NCBI GenBank assembly: GCA_965230295.1 | Contig: OZ246001.1 | Location: 1,536,001-1,600,000 of the forward strand | Reading direction: 5' to 3' | Source: Marinicella sp. | Lineage (GTDB): Bacteria; Pseudomonadota; Gammaproteobacteria; Xanthomonadales; Marinicellaceae | DNA length: 64,000 nt | In this document: positions 8,527 through 18,000 of the stretch, piece by piece | Layout: every line of letters starts with the position of its first letter | How positions within the stretch are numbered: position 1 is the stretch's first letter | The notes under the pieces: model-generated | The model's database searches: none | Seen by the model: only the letters and a program-made list of their open reading frames with translations | What the model was told of the DNA's origin: nothing | Made by a program: the position numbers and the translations under genes

Positions 8527-9738
8527 TTATTCGCCTTGCAGCTCAAACTCAACTATGTGGTTCCTAAACCATGTATTTTTCTGTTTCTTATAATTGTTGA
8601 ACATGCTTAATTTTTCCTTTGCTAATGGTTCAAAAGCAGAATTAGATGAAGCCAGCACTTTGAGTTGTTCAATTTTTCCTTTTTTGCTGATCATTGTTGC
8701 AATTTTCACCCAAGGGTGATTAAAGTTATGATGCTCATTTCTTTTGTATGCATATGCCAAAACTTCTAATTGATTAAAAGATTTTGTTTTAAATTCAATG
8801 CTTATTTCATCCTCAACTTTTTCACCATCTTTAATCGCGGGGTAAAACAGAAGGCTGTTCATTAATTGACCTATACTTTTTCTGAGATAAGGGTTTTGAT
8901 TGTATTTTTCACCCAACAAACTCTCCCAGCTTGTAATTTTTCCCGACTTATCTATCAGCAATTTATACTTATGCTCCTTAAATCCATCATGATTATATTC
9001 ATCTATTGAATCAACAGCCGTTAACAAAACGGGTGGATGTGAGTGTGCTGAGAAAATACGATGAAATTGTTTGAAAATTCCAGGTCTGGTTTCGTATTGT
9101 TCCCTTACCAGGTCATTATGTTGCTCCAGATGTTTTTCAAATTCAGGAATCTCCTCCATTGCTTTTTCCTGGCCATCCCAAAGAACGGGTTTGTTGTTTA
9201 AGATCAATAGATCGTCACTGTAGAAAAAATTCACATCTGTAACTTTTTTGGGCTTGATTTTTGATTTAATTTTAACTGTGTCTGCGATAACAACAGGCGA
9301 GATATCATACGGAATTTCAGCTATTTGATTCCTCATGGTTTGAAATAATGGTTCATCAAAAATTGAAATTTGCCCCTTTGGCAATTCATAATTAATGGTG
9401 ATTGAAGCCTTTGAGTTCACAGCTTGGCCATCAACGAACTTTGGCTTGAATTTAAATTTCAAACCAGCTGCAATGGATGTGTTATCGAATAAACCTGGAT
9501 GGCTTGAATCTAACACTTCAACACTATCAACTGATCCCAGTGAGTTTATGTGCATTAAAATTTTGACATTACCTTCTGTTCTGTTAATCAATGCTTTCAA
9601 TGGATATACGGGAGAAATACTGACAATAGGAATCACTTCTGAAGGCTCATTTTCCTGCGCAAATCCAATATTTACGAAACACAGTATTAATCCAAGTAAA
9701 AATATATTCTTCACGTTAACCTCCATAAATTGATTCAT
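8527..9738 (-). CDS. TonB C-terminal-domain protein, possibly with several degenerate TonB_C repeats
   Basis: Signal/TM segment, then PVYPLKALINRTEGNV...FKFKPKFVDGQAV. A second FYPAIKDGEKV motif follows. Start position uncertain. Confidence 0.7.
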   Translation of the reverse strand: MNQFMEVNVKNIFLLGLILCFVNIGFAQENEPSEVIPIVSISPVYPLKALINRTEGNVKILMHINSLGSVDSVEVLDSSHPGLFDNTSIAAGLKFKFKPKFVDGQAVNSKASITINYELPKGQISIFDEPLFQTMRNQIAEIPYDISPVVIADTVKIKSKIKPKKVTDVNFFYSDDLLILNNKPVLWDGQEKAMEEIPEFEKHLEQHNDLVREQYETRPGIFKQFHRIFSAHSHPPVLLTAVDSIDEYNHDGFKEHKYKLLIDKSGKITSWESLLGEKYNQNPYLRKSIGQLMNSLLFYPAIKDGEKVEDEISIEFKTKSFNQLEVLAYAYKRNEHHNFNHPWVKIATMISKKGKIEQLKVLASSNSAFEPLAKEKLSMFNNYKKQKNTWFRNHIVEFELQGE

Positions 9739-9786
9739 AGTTACCTATTGCTTACCAATGAATTTATCTTTCTCAATCATTACTGG

Positions 9787-10092
9787 CTAATCACCAAATG
9801 CTTCACCTGTATTTCCATATGCATAGTCATGTAAGTTTGTTTCTTCATCACTAACAACTAATGCTCCATTAAAATCGTCAAAACAAATTCTTGGGTTGTA
9901 TGATTTGCCATTGAAGTTGATTTCACCTTGGTCGTGTAACATTGAAAGTTTAAAAACAAAGTCGCCAACTATTTCTTGAGCTGATTTTTTCTTTATTTTG
10001 TTTTCTTTTAGTGTTTGTTGTAACAGCAAAATCAATTCATATTGCCACTCAATTGCAAGTTCTTCGTATTCTTCTGATATTAGAGGTTCCAT
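9787..10092 (-). CDS. Small acidic protein, candidate immunity protein
   Basis: 101-aa ORF starting 2 nt after the HEAT gene stop within the toxin-immunity array. Function inferred from context only. Confidence 0.55.
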   Translation of the reverse strand: MEPLISEEYEELAIEWQYELILLLQQTLKENKIKKKSAQEIVGDFVFKLSMLHDQGEINFNGKSYNPRICFDDFNGALVVSDEETNLHDYAYGNTGEAFGD

Positions 10093-10094
10093 AT

Positions 10095-11258
10095 TTACTC
10101 CAGTGTTGCTAAGTAATCATCAATTATTTTAGAAATTGATTTGATCAAGGATTTTGACTCACTGAAAAAATACAAAACAGGTGTGTCAATATCATCCATG
10201 AAAATTTGAAAATACAATGTGCTGCTTCTTAACAATTGTTTTACCTGTAGTTCATAGGTACGGGTTTCTTCAACTTCGGTATCCAGAATCAAGTTTTCTA
10301 AGGCTTTTGGGTCAGTATCGATTTTGTTGCACAATGCATGTAAAAAGCCAGGAACATCTTCCATGTCAAATTCTGTGGAGGTCTCATACTTGTAAGCAAC
10401 CTTATTGCCTTTGATGTATTTAATGCCTTTTGGTAATTTCGGCACGATTTGTTTAACTGAGTTGATTTTTCTGAGTGCTTTTTTAGCTTGATTGCGATAC
10501 CAGCTTTCTTTGTGTTTTGTGTAGTATTCGACAAGTTCTTTTGCTTCGACTGCCTTTAGTTTTCCAAGGGCTTCAACACAAGTGATTACAAATAAATTTG
10601 ATTCGTCTAAACTTTTCTTTTCATTGATTATTTTAATTAAAATTGGAATCGCTTGTTTTCCCATTATTTTGGCAACTACCAAAGGTAAATAGTTTTTTCC
10701 TTCATCATTTATATCGGAGTTATTGAATAATGATAAAATATTTTCAAGCTCTTTTTCAGTGGCGACCGTTTCTAAAACTTGTGCAATTTCGAGCCTGAAT
10801 GAATTATCAGCATTTTCATATAATTGAATTAGTTTTGATCCTGCCATTCCTTGAGCTTTTCTTGATTTGAGTTTATTCACGAGTATTTCTTGTACATCTT
10901 GAGAGTAACCCATATCCAAGTGTTTTAAGATGATTTGAATAATTTGCTCAGTTAGTTGATGTTCTTTAATGCCTTTATAGTAATCAGTATTTAGACCCGT
11001 AGCCCGTACTTCTTCATAAAAATTTTGCAAATCAACTTCATTAGTTTTTATCTGTTCTTCTCTCAGCTGTTGCTTATATTTGTTGTAATTTCTCAGAGCA
11101 ACTCTTTCTTCACCTTCTAGCTTTAACATGTCATCGATAGACATTGCCTCAAATTTTTTGATCTCTTCATTACTTAAAGGTTGAACGTTATCTTCATTTG
11201 ATGCTCTTTGCATATCTTCGATAATTTCTTTTGCAGTTTTTGGTTTGTATTTTTTCAT
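10095..11258 (-). CDS. HEAT-repeat protein, candidate immunity protein
   Basis: HEAT-like motifs (CVEALGKLKAVEAKE...WYRNQAKKALRKI). Paralogous to 11300-12383. Confidence 0.75.
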   Translation of the reverse strand: MKKYKPKTAKEIIEDMQRASNEDNVQPLSNEEIKKFEAMSIDDMLKLEGEERVALRNYNKYKQQLREEQIKTNEVDLQNFYEEVRATGLNTDYYKGIKEHQLTEQIIQIILKHLDMGYSQDVQEILVNKLKSRKAQGMAGSKLIQLYENADNSFRLEIAQVLETVATEKELENILSLFNNSDINDEGKNYLPLVVAKIMGKQAIPILIKIINEKKSLDESNLFVITCVEALGKLKAVEAKELVEYYTKHKESWYRNQAKKALRKINSVKQIVPKLPKGIKYIKGNKVAYKYETSTEFDMEDVPGFLHALCNKIDTDPKALENLILDTEVEETRTYELQVKQLLRSSTLYFQIFMDDIDTPVLYFFSESKSLIKSISKIIDDYLATLE

Positions 11259-11299
11259 AAGTTAAGAGCCTGGAATTAATTTTGTTAGAGGTTCTATAT

Positions 11300-12383
11300 T
11301 TACTCCAGCGTTGCTAAGTAACTATCAATTACTTTAGAAATCGACTTGATCAAGGATTTTGATTCACTGAAAAAATACAATGTAGGTAAATCAATATCAT
11401 CCATGAAAATTTGAAAATACAATGTGCTGCTTCTTAACAGTTGTTTTACCTGTAATTCATAGGTACGGGTTTCTTCAACTTCGGTGTCAAGAATCAAGTT
11501 TTCTAAGACTTTTGGATCAGCATCGATTTTGTTGCATAATGCATGTAAAAAACCTGGAACATCTTCCATGTCAAATTCAGTGGAGGTTTCGTACTTGTAA
11601 GCAATCTTATTGTCTTTGATGTATTTAATGCCTTTGGGTAGCTTAGGTACGATTTGTTTAACTGAGTTGATTTTCCTAAGTATTTTTTTAGTTTGGCTTC
11701 GATACCAAGAATCTGAGTGGTTTAAATAAAACTCTGCCAGCTCCCTACCTTCAAAAGCTTTTAAGTTTCCTAACTCAATTAAACAATTAAATATGAATAA
11801 ATTGTTTTCATTTAAATTTTTCTTTTCTGATACTAATTTGATAAAAAGTGGAATGGCTTGTTTCCCCATTAACCTTTTTAAAACTGTGGGTAAGTTAGTT
11901 TTTCCGGCATCTGTGATTTTATTATCATGAAATAACTCTAAAATGCCTTTTAAGTCTTCTTCCGTAGCAACAGAGTCTAAGGCATGTCCGATTTCGTACC
12001 TAATTTCATCATTTGAGTTTCTATATTTGTCAATTAACTGCCGTCCCGCTATCCCACGAGCTTTTTTAGAGTCTAGTTTTTTAAATGATCGTTCTTTTTA
12101 CATCGACAGTGTAACCTTTGTTTAAGTGCCTTAGTAATATTTCAATTGCATTCTTGTTGAGTTGTTGGTCTGTTATTTCTTGAACTGATTTAGCATCAAT
12201 ATTATTTCGATTTAATTCACCTAATAAAGGTTTAATTGATTCCTTGTACTTTATTAGCTTTTCCTGCCTAAGTTCTTCTTTATAAGCGTTGTATTCCCTT
12301 AAGGGTATGCGTTCGGTACCTTTTAACTTTAGCATGTCATCAATTGACATAGCTTCAAATTTTTCAAATTCTTTTTTATTCAT
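11300..12383 (-). pseudogene. HEAT-repeat paralog broken by two +1 frameshifts
   Basis: Fragments 12081-12383, a middle segment (KKLDSKKARGIAGRQLI...NLPTVFKK) and 11300-11869 align end to end with 10095-11258. The breaks are at TTTAAAAA runs near 12083 and 11875. Confidence 0.8.
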
Positions 12384-12392
12384 GTTTTTACC

Positions 12393-12653
12393 TTAAAACG
12401 GTATGTGATTTATGATGCCATCATCTATAGCTTGTTGTAAGGGTTTTGTAAAAGTTGCTCCCTTTTTTACAAACAAATCAAACCTTAGGTTATTAGCTCT
12501 TGCAATAGCAGTATAATCTTTCAACTGTTGTGTATAACGGGGATGGTTGTTGTCTGACAATGTGTCAAGAGCAAAATCTTTAGCATAATCACAGGCTGCC
12601 GGTTCCGTTGGCCTGGTTGATATTTTTCTCAAATATTCTATGAATGTCACCAT
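12393..12653 (-). pseudogene. Orphan toxin tip, Tox-REase-7-like C-terminal fragment
   Basis: YTQQLKDYTAIARANNLRFDLFVKKGATFTKPLQQA resembles the recalled REase-7 C-terminal pattern. The EVKN catalytic part is missing. It sits directly upstream of the HEAT gene. Confidence 0.6.
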
Positions 12654-12709
12654 GTTTTATCTGTACTTAGTCAAATGGCATTTGATTCTGTTTGCTCATG
12701 AATTTATAT

Positions 12710-13276
12710 TTAACATTGTTGCTCTATTTGATTATAAAGTTCAGTCACAGCAGCATCAAAAGCTAAAACGATAACTGCTGAAATCATTGCTTTGGTTTTT
12801 CTCTCTCCAATGACACCTAAAGTGATCATTTTTCCATGCTTTTTTAAAGATCGCTCCTGTACTGATACAAACTTCTCAGATAAATCATTACAATCGCTAA
12901 CAGCTTCAACAGATACTTTTGCACTATAATAATTGAGCCGCATTCTGCCGTCCCATGAATAGCTTGAGTTAAACTTTGTTATTAAAATTGGTTTTATTTT
13001 GTCACGACAGTTCGCGTTAACATTGTAGTTTTTGAGCAATAACTTATTTTCAAATAAATACATGATCTCACCATCATACACTCGCTTCAAATTGTGCACT
13101 TCTGGTATTTCTGAACTAAACTCAACACACTTACTTTTAAATAATCCATCCGTGCAAATTTGAGAATTAGTAATTTTCAAACCATATTTATAATCTTCAA
13201 GATCCATCTTCATCGGATATTTTGATGCACATGATGAGATAAAGATTGTTACAAATAACAACATTTTATTCTTCAT
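12710..13276 (-). CDS. Lipoprotein, candidate immunity protein (paralog of 14500-15066)
   Basis: Lipobox ISSC. Shares SSCASKYP, WDGxxRLN, KHGKxxTLG and VLAFDAAV with the paralog. Confidence 0.8.
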   Translation of the reverse strand: MKNKMLLFVTIFISSCASKYPMKMDLEDYKYGLKITNSQICTDGLFKSKCVEFSSEIPEVHNLKRVYDGEIMYLFENKLLLKNYNVNANCRDKIKPILITKFNSSYSWDGRMRLNYYSAKVSVEAVSDCNDLSEKFVSVQERSLKKHGKMITLGVIGERKTKAMISAVIVLAFDAAVTELYNQIEQQC

Positions 13277-13342
13277 AGTTTTCCTCATAGAGGTTTGACA
13301 AAACCTGTATCAATTTGCCCTAGTAAATCTTTTAGAGCGATT

Positions 13343-13864
13343 CTATTTTTTTAACTTTTCGTCTAGATTAGATAAATCGTTGTTAATTTGATCTAATATA
13401 TTTTGAAGCCCTTTCGTCAACGCAGCTGAATCTTTGTTATTTTGCTTTTTACTGCCAGAAGTCAGAAAAACAAGTTCATCAGAATCAACTTCTGTTTTAT
13501 ACACTCTTTCATCGAGTAGGCTTGCAGAATCATAAAAATCGACTTTTGCTTCAATTTGAAACCTATTAACTGATACAGCCGCTCTTTTTGTGATAAAGCC
13601 CGAAAAAGTTTGAATGTCTTTTATTAAGGCTGAATGTTTGTCACAAACTTTTCGATTTGGAAGGCTTAAAAACTCATTTAGGTTGTAATAGTAAAGAATC
13701 TTTTCTTGTTTGGCTTTTGCTCGAACTGACAGTTTATTAAACTCTTGATCAAGTTGGATACACTGATTATAAGAGCCAGTTGCAATAGGCATATCACTCT
13801 TCAAGATCTTAGATTTACATGACGAGATTAATATCGTTATTAATAACAATAATTTAACCTTCAT
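13343..13864 (-). CDS. Lipoprotein, candidate immunity protein (paralog of 13854-14378)
   Basis: Lipobox ISSC. Shares YxxNLxxF, VSxxRF and FLxSGxKK with the paralog. Confidence 0.75.
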   Translation of the reverse strand: MKVKLLLLITILISSCKSKILKSDMPIATGSYNQCIQLDQEFNKLSVRAKAKQEKILYYYNLNEFLSLPNRKVCDKHSALIKDIQTFSGFITKRAAVSVNRFQIEAKVDFYDSASLLDERVYKTEVDSDELVFLTSGSKKQNNKDSAALTKGLQNILDQINNDLSNLDEKLKK

Positions 13865-14378
13865 AGTTTTCCTTATAAGGGTTTGATAAGCCTGTCTCAA
13901 TTTGCTCTATTAAATCTTTCAGTACGACTTTGATAGCTATTTCATCTTGTTTTAACTTTTTTTCTCCTGATGCCAAAAAAGAATGTGAATCTGCGTCAGA
14001 TTGCGAAAAATATTCCTTTTTCTCAATTATTTTATTTTGGTAATAGATATTGACAGTGGCATACATTAAAAACCTATGCAACGACACTTCTTTTCTTACT
14101 GTAACAGCTTCTCCAATTGTTTTTATGCTTTCGATCTCTGCTTTGTAATTAAAGCAATCACCTGTGTCATTTAGTTCAATAAAATCAGACAGATTAAAAA
14201 GGTAATACACTTTTTCTTTATTGTATTTTGAATAAACCGATTGATTATCTGAAAGTGACTTATCAAAGTTTATACATGAATTGTGAAAAACAATTTTCGT
14301 TGATTCACTCTTTATGTGTATTGGCTTACCACATGCGGTTAGAATGAAAATCACCAGTAATGTAATCATTTTTTTCAT
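13854..14378 (-). CDS. Lipoprotein, candidate immunity protein
   Basis: Lipobox LTAC and GGAG RBS, preceded by a duplicated toxin 3' tip. Confidence 0.8.
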   Translation of the reverse strand: MKKMITLLVIFILTACGKPIHIKSESTKIVFHNSCINFDKSLSDNQSVYSKYNKEKVYYLFNLSDFIELNDTGDCFNYKAEIESIKTIGEAVTVRKEVSLHRFLMYATVNIYYQNKIIEKKEYFSQSDADSHSFLASGEKKLKQDEIAIKVVLKDLIEQIETGLSNPYKENYEG

Positions 14379-14393
14379 AAAAATTCTCCAAAT

Positions 14394-14455
14394 TTAATAG
14401 CATCCGCTCCACTCGTGTAAAGCACAACCAGCTCCTGGATAGCCAGCAGGTTGTT
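14394..14455 (-). repeat. Duplicate of the last 62 bp of the RHS gene
   Basis: 56/62 identical to 15084-15145 and encodes the same QPAGYPGAGCALHEWSGCY* peptide. Confidence 0.95.
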
Positions 14456-14499
14456 ATTTAATGGACTGCCTATCCTGAATCACCTTTTTATTGAAATCC

Positions 14500-15066
14500 T
14501 TACTGACAATGCTGATTTATTTGGCTGTAAATATCTGATACTGCAGCATCAAACGCCAGAACAACTACTGCTGCAATCATGGCTTTAGTTTCTTCTTCTC
14601 CAACTAATCCAAGGGTTACAATTTTCCCATGTTTTCTTAATTTGATTTCTTGAGTGGAGGAAAATGTTTTAAACGAATCCTGACAAATGTAACGAGCTTT
14701 TACAGAAATTTTTGCTTTATAGATATTCAATCTTTTCATTCCATCCCAATGAAAAATAGAATCAATTTTTTCAATAAAGATTGGTTGATCAAACTTACAT
14801 TTATTTTTTGTGTCAAAGATCAATGATAAATCATTTCTATCATAACTATAGAGAACCATACTATCTCTTTCTTCAATTAAGGGTAAATTTAGTGGAATAG
14901 TTTGATCAAACATAAAACATTTATTTTGAATGGAAATTTCTTCAACAATGTTTGAATCAGTAATTTCTATACCTTTCTCATACTCGTTCAAATTGACTCT
15001 CTTGGGATATTTTGAAGCACATGAACTAACTAAGATGCTTACAACTATAAATAAATAAACTTTCAT
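14500..15066 (-). CDS. Lipoprotein, probable cognate immunity protein of the RHS toxin
   Basis: Lipobox VSSC. Starts 17 nt after the RHS stop codon. Confidence 0.8.
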   Translation of the reverse strand: MKVYLFIVVSILVSSCASKYPKRVNLNEYEKGIEITDSNIVEEISIQNKCFMFDQTIPLNLPLIEERDSMVLYSYDRNDLSLIFDTKNKCKFDQPIFIEKIDSIFHWDGMKRLNIYKAKISVKARYICQDSFKTFSSTQEIKLRKHGKIVTLGLVGEEETKAMIAAVVVLAFDAAVSDIYSQINQHCQ

Positions 15067-15083
15067 AATTTTTTCTCAATTTT

Positions 15084-18000
15084 TTAATAACATCCACTCC
15101 ACTCATGTAGAGCACAACCAGCTCCTGGATAACCAGCAGGCTGTTTTAATAATGTCGCCGATGGATTCAACAATTTACCCAGGAAACCACCATTCACAAT
15201 ATCCAAAGGCCCTAGCTCAACCCTGACATTACTGTGCGACACATTGCCAAAAACAAATGATTTAGACACGCCGTCTGGGAAATAGCCTCTGCTCACCAGA
15301 TTATTGGCATCCATTGATCCCAAGCTGATGCCGCCAATGGTTTGGTTTCTTTGACCATTCACAATGGCATCATAACCAGATGCTGTAATTAAGCCTTGGA
15401 AGCCCAAAGCAATATCAACTAAATCGAATACCAACCCTATTGTTCTATTCAGACCACTATACTTTCTGGAGTCAATAACTCCTCCACTGTTTCGAGAGAG
15501 TATCCCTCGAACCCCTTGACCAGCTTCTTTATCTGTGTAGTTATCCTCATAAAACCTCGTACCGATCAACTTATTCCCTGCAAAACTCATGGCGACCAGA
15601 GCTAAATTCAGTTCTGCTAAACTCATACCATTCTTTTTCGCAAAGCGTTCAAGTTCTTCGGTTGCTTTGAATTTACCGTAATGAGAAACCAGGTTTTGTA
15701 CCACACCACCAGCACCAACAAACTTACCAGAAGCATCAATGATACCACCGCGTAAGAATGAGAGTACCGCGCCTGCTTCGGGGTCAAGACTGCTGATCAC
15801 TTGCGCAGCTACATCAAAAGCGTTAATACCACCAGCTACAGTACTGGCTCCACCACTGGCAGATGTGGATACTGGAGCAGTTTCAGATATGGCAGTATTT
15901 GTTGCAACATCTCCTGCACCACCTGCTGCTGCCTTAGAGCCTGAATTGGCTGCGTCTGCCCCTCCGGTATTTGCAAATTGACTGCCCACAAAAGCCACTG
16001 CCCCTGCTACCAGCCCAGCACGAAGAGCTGATCTCAAGCTGCCAGTGATGATATAGGTGCTGGTGAAACCAACCGTAAATGCCGTCCAGAATATATTGAA
16101 CCCAAGGCCAGGTAGTATAAAACTCAATGTGACAGCAACAACAGCTGCCACCAATTTTCTCAGAGAAAAATACCCTGTGGGATCAGTGAATGAAAGCGGG
16201 TTGTTATGAACATACACATAACGGTTAAAGCCCTGTGAGGTATTGGGGTCTTGTACCACGGGGTCGGCTTGGAGCATCTTGCCAAGTTCTGCATCGTAAA
16301 TCCTGCCTCCCATATTGATGATACCAAATACATCAAGCATCTCATGGCCTGTGAATCCTTTGGTGGTGTAATCAGACAAGTAATCCCGTGACAAGGTGGA
16401 TGAAAAATCATCCCAATTGGCAGGGACTCGGCGTTCACCCCAGGCTGAAAAGCTCATGGCTTGGAGAAAATGGCCACTTGAGTCTGTGATAACATCCACC
16501 GATCCCAGATGATCATGAAACAGATAGGTTTCCTGGGTTGAGTTGTTGGTTTCGGTGATCACGGCGAAGTTACCCAAATGCCGCTTAAAGGCAATCTGCC
16601 CATTGGCATTGTATTCAACCTCCACATTGCCCATAAAGTGGGTGACGGTGGTTTCATCATCTGAGTTGGTATCTGTACGTGAGTAAGGTTCTTCTGTATT
16701 GTTGTAGCGATATATGCTCTCATCAATGGGGTCATTGCTGTTTGACCCTGTGTAGATGCGCTGAATTTTGTTGAAACCAGTATAAGCAACATTGCGATCA
16801 ACCAGTTGTCCTTGCCCATTTCTGAAATTGGTCGAACGGGTCATGTTGCCACGGTCATCATAGGTAAATATTTGAGCGCCTTTGGATTGAACCTGATGTG
16901 GTGATGAACCAATGGCAGATGCGTTGCCTGTGAGGTAGGCATAACTTTGTCCATCCTTACTGGTCAGGTTGCCTTTGGCATCGTAACCAGTGACCTGATG
17001 CGCTACATTGCCAGTGGTGATGTTGCAGTTTTGACCTGAGTTATTGAATCGATAGGTATCAGTCAACCTGTTTAAGCGATCATATCTAAAACATTCGGAT
17101 TGATTATTTCCTATGTCTGATCTTTTGACCAGATTACCAAGAGAGTCATACTCATAAACATATTGCTGATGGGGTGCAGTAATCGAATTGAGCCAACCAC
17201 GGGTAGGGTGGAATGTGTAAATAGCACTCAAGGTGGCATCACCTGCCTTACGATCAGAAATGACATTGCCCCATTTGTCGGTCTGATTGATGCGGTAGTA
17301 TTCCTTGGTGCCATCTGCTGCATCGGTGACGTGTGACAGAAAGCCCCTGGCATTGTAGTGGTTTTCTGTGGCTTTGCCTGATGCGTCTTGCTGGTATTTC
17401 AGGCGTGAGAACTGATCGTAATAGAGGTTGGCCTGATAATCACAGGTCAAGCCGATACAGACATTGTCGGCATCGGTGAATGAAATGTCTGTGGTCTGAG
17501 GGCGTTTGAACCCATCATAAGTATGGCTTTGGGTGTAACTGATGGAGCCAACAAAGGTGAGTTTGGCTTCGGTTTCAAGCAAACCATTGGTGGCATTATA
17601 AGTATTGATGTTACGGGTTAATTGAACAGTGTCATCCCAGCTTTCAACCTGGTGTGCCCTGCCGAGGGTGTCGTAATAGGTCTTGATGCTATTATCTTCT
17701 GCATCAATGGTTTCGACCACTTCGCCCAGGGCATTGTAGAAGATTTCACTGAAACCCGTATCCACATCATCACTTGAGGTTTTTCTACCCCTACGATCAT
17801 AAGTGTTTTCTATCAATCGCTCGATGAGGTTGTTGGCATCACGGGTCAGGTTTAACAAAGCACCTTGTGAATCGTAAACATAGGTCAGTGTATTTTTATA
17901 TTCAGGGTTGGCACCTGCAATGTCAAAATCCTTTACCTCTATGAGCTGATCCAAGGCATTGCGTTTTTCCTGTCTTCTTTGGCCTGCATCATTGGTGAAG

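Noticed and set aside
9787-15083. Integron cassette array or CRISPR interpretation of the island gene array
   Set aside because: No attC-like palindromes or regularly spaced repeats were found. The junctions are explained by duplicated gene ends.
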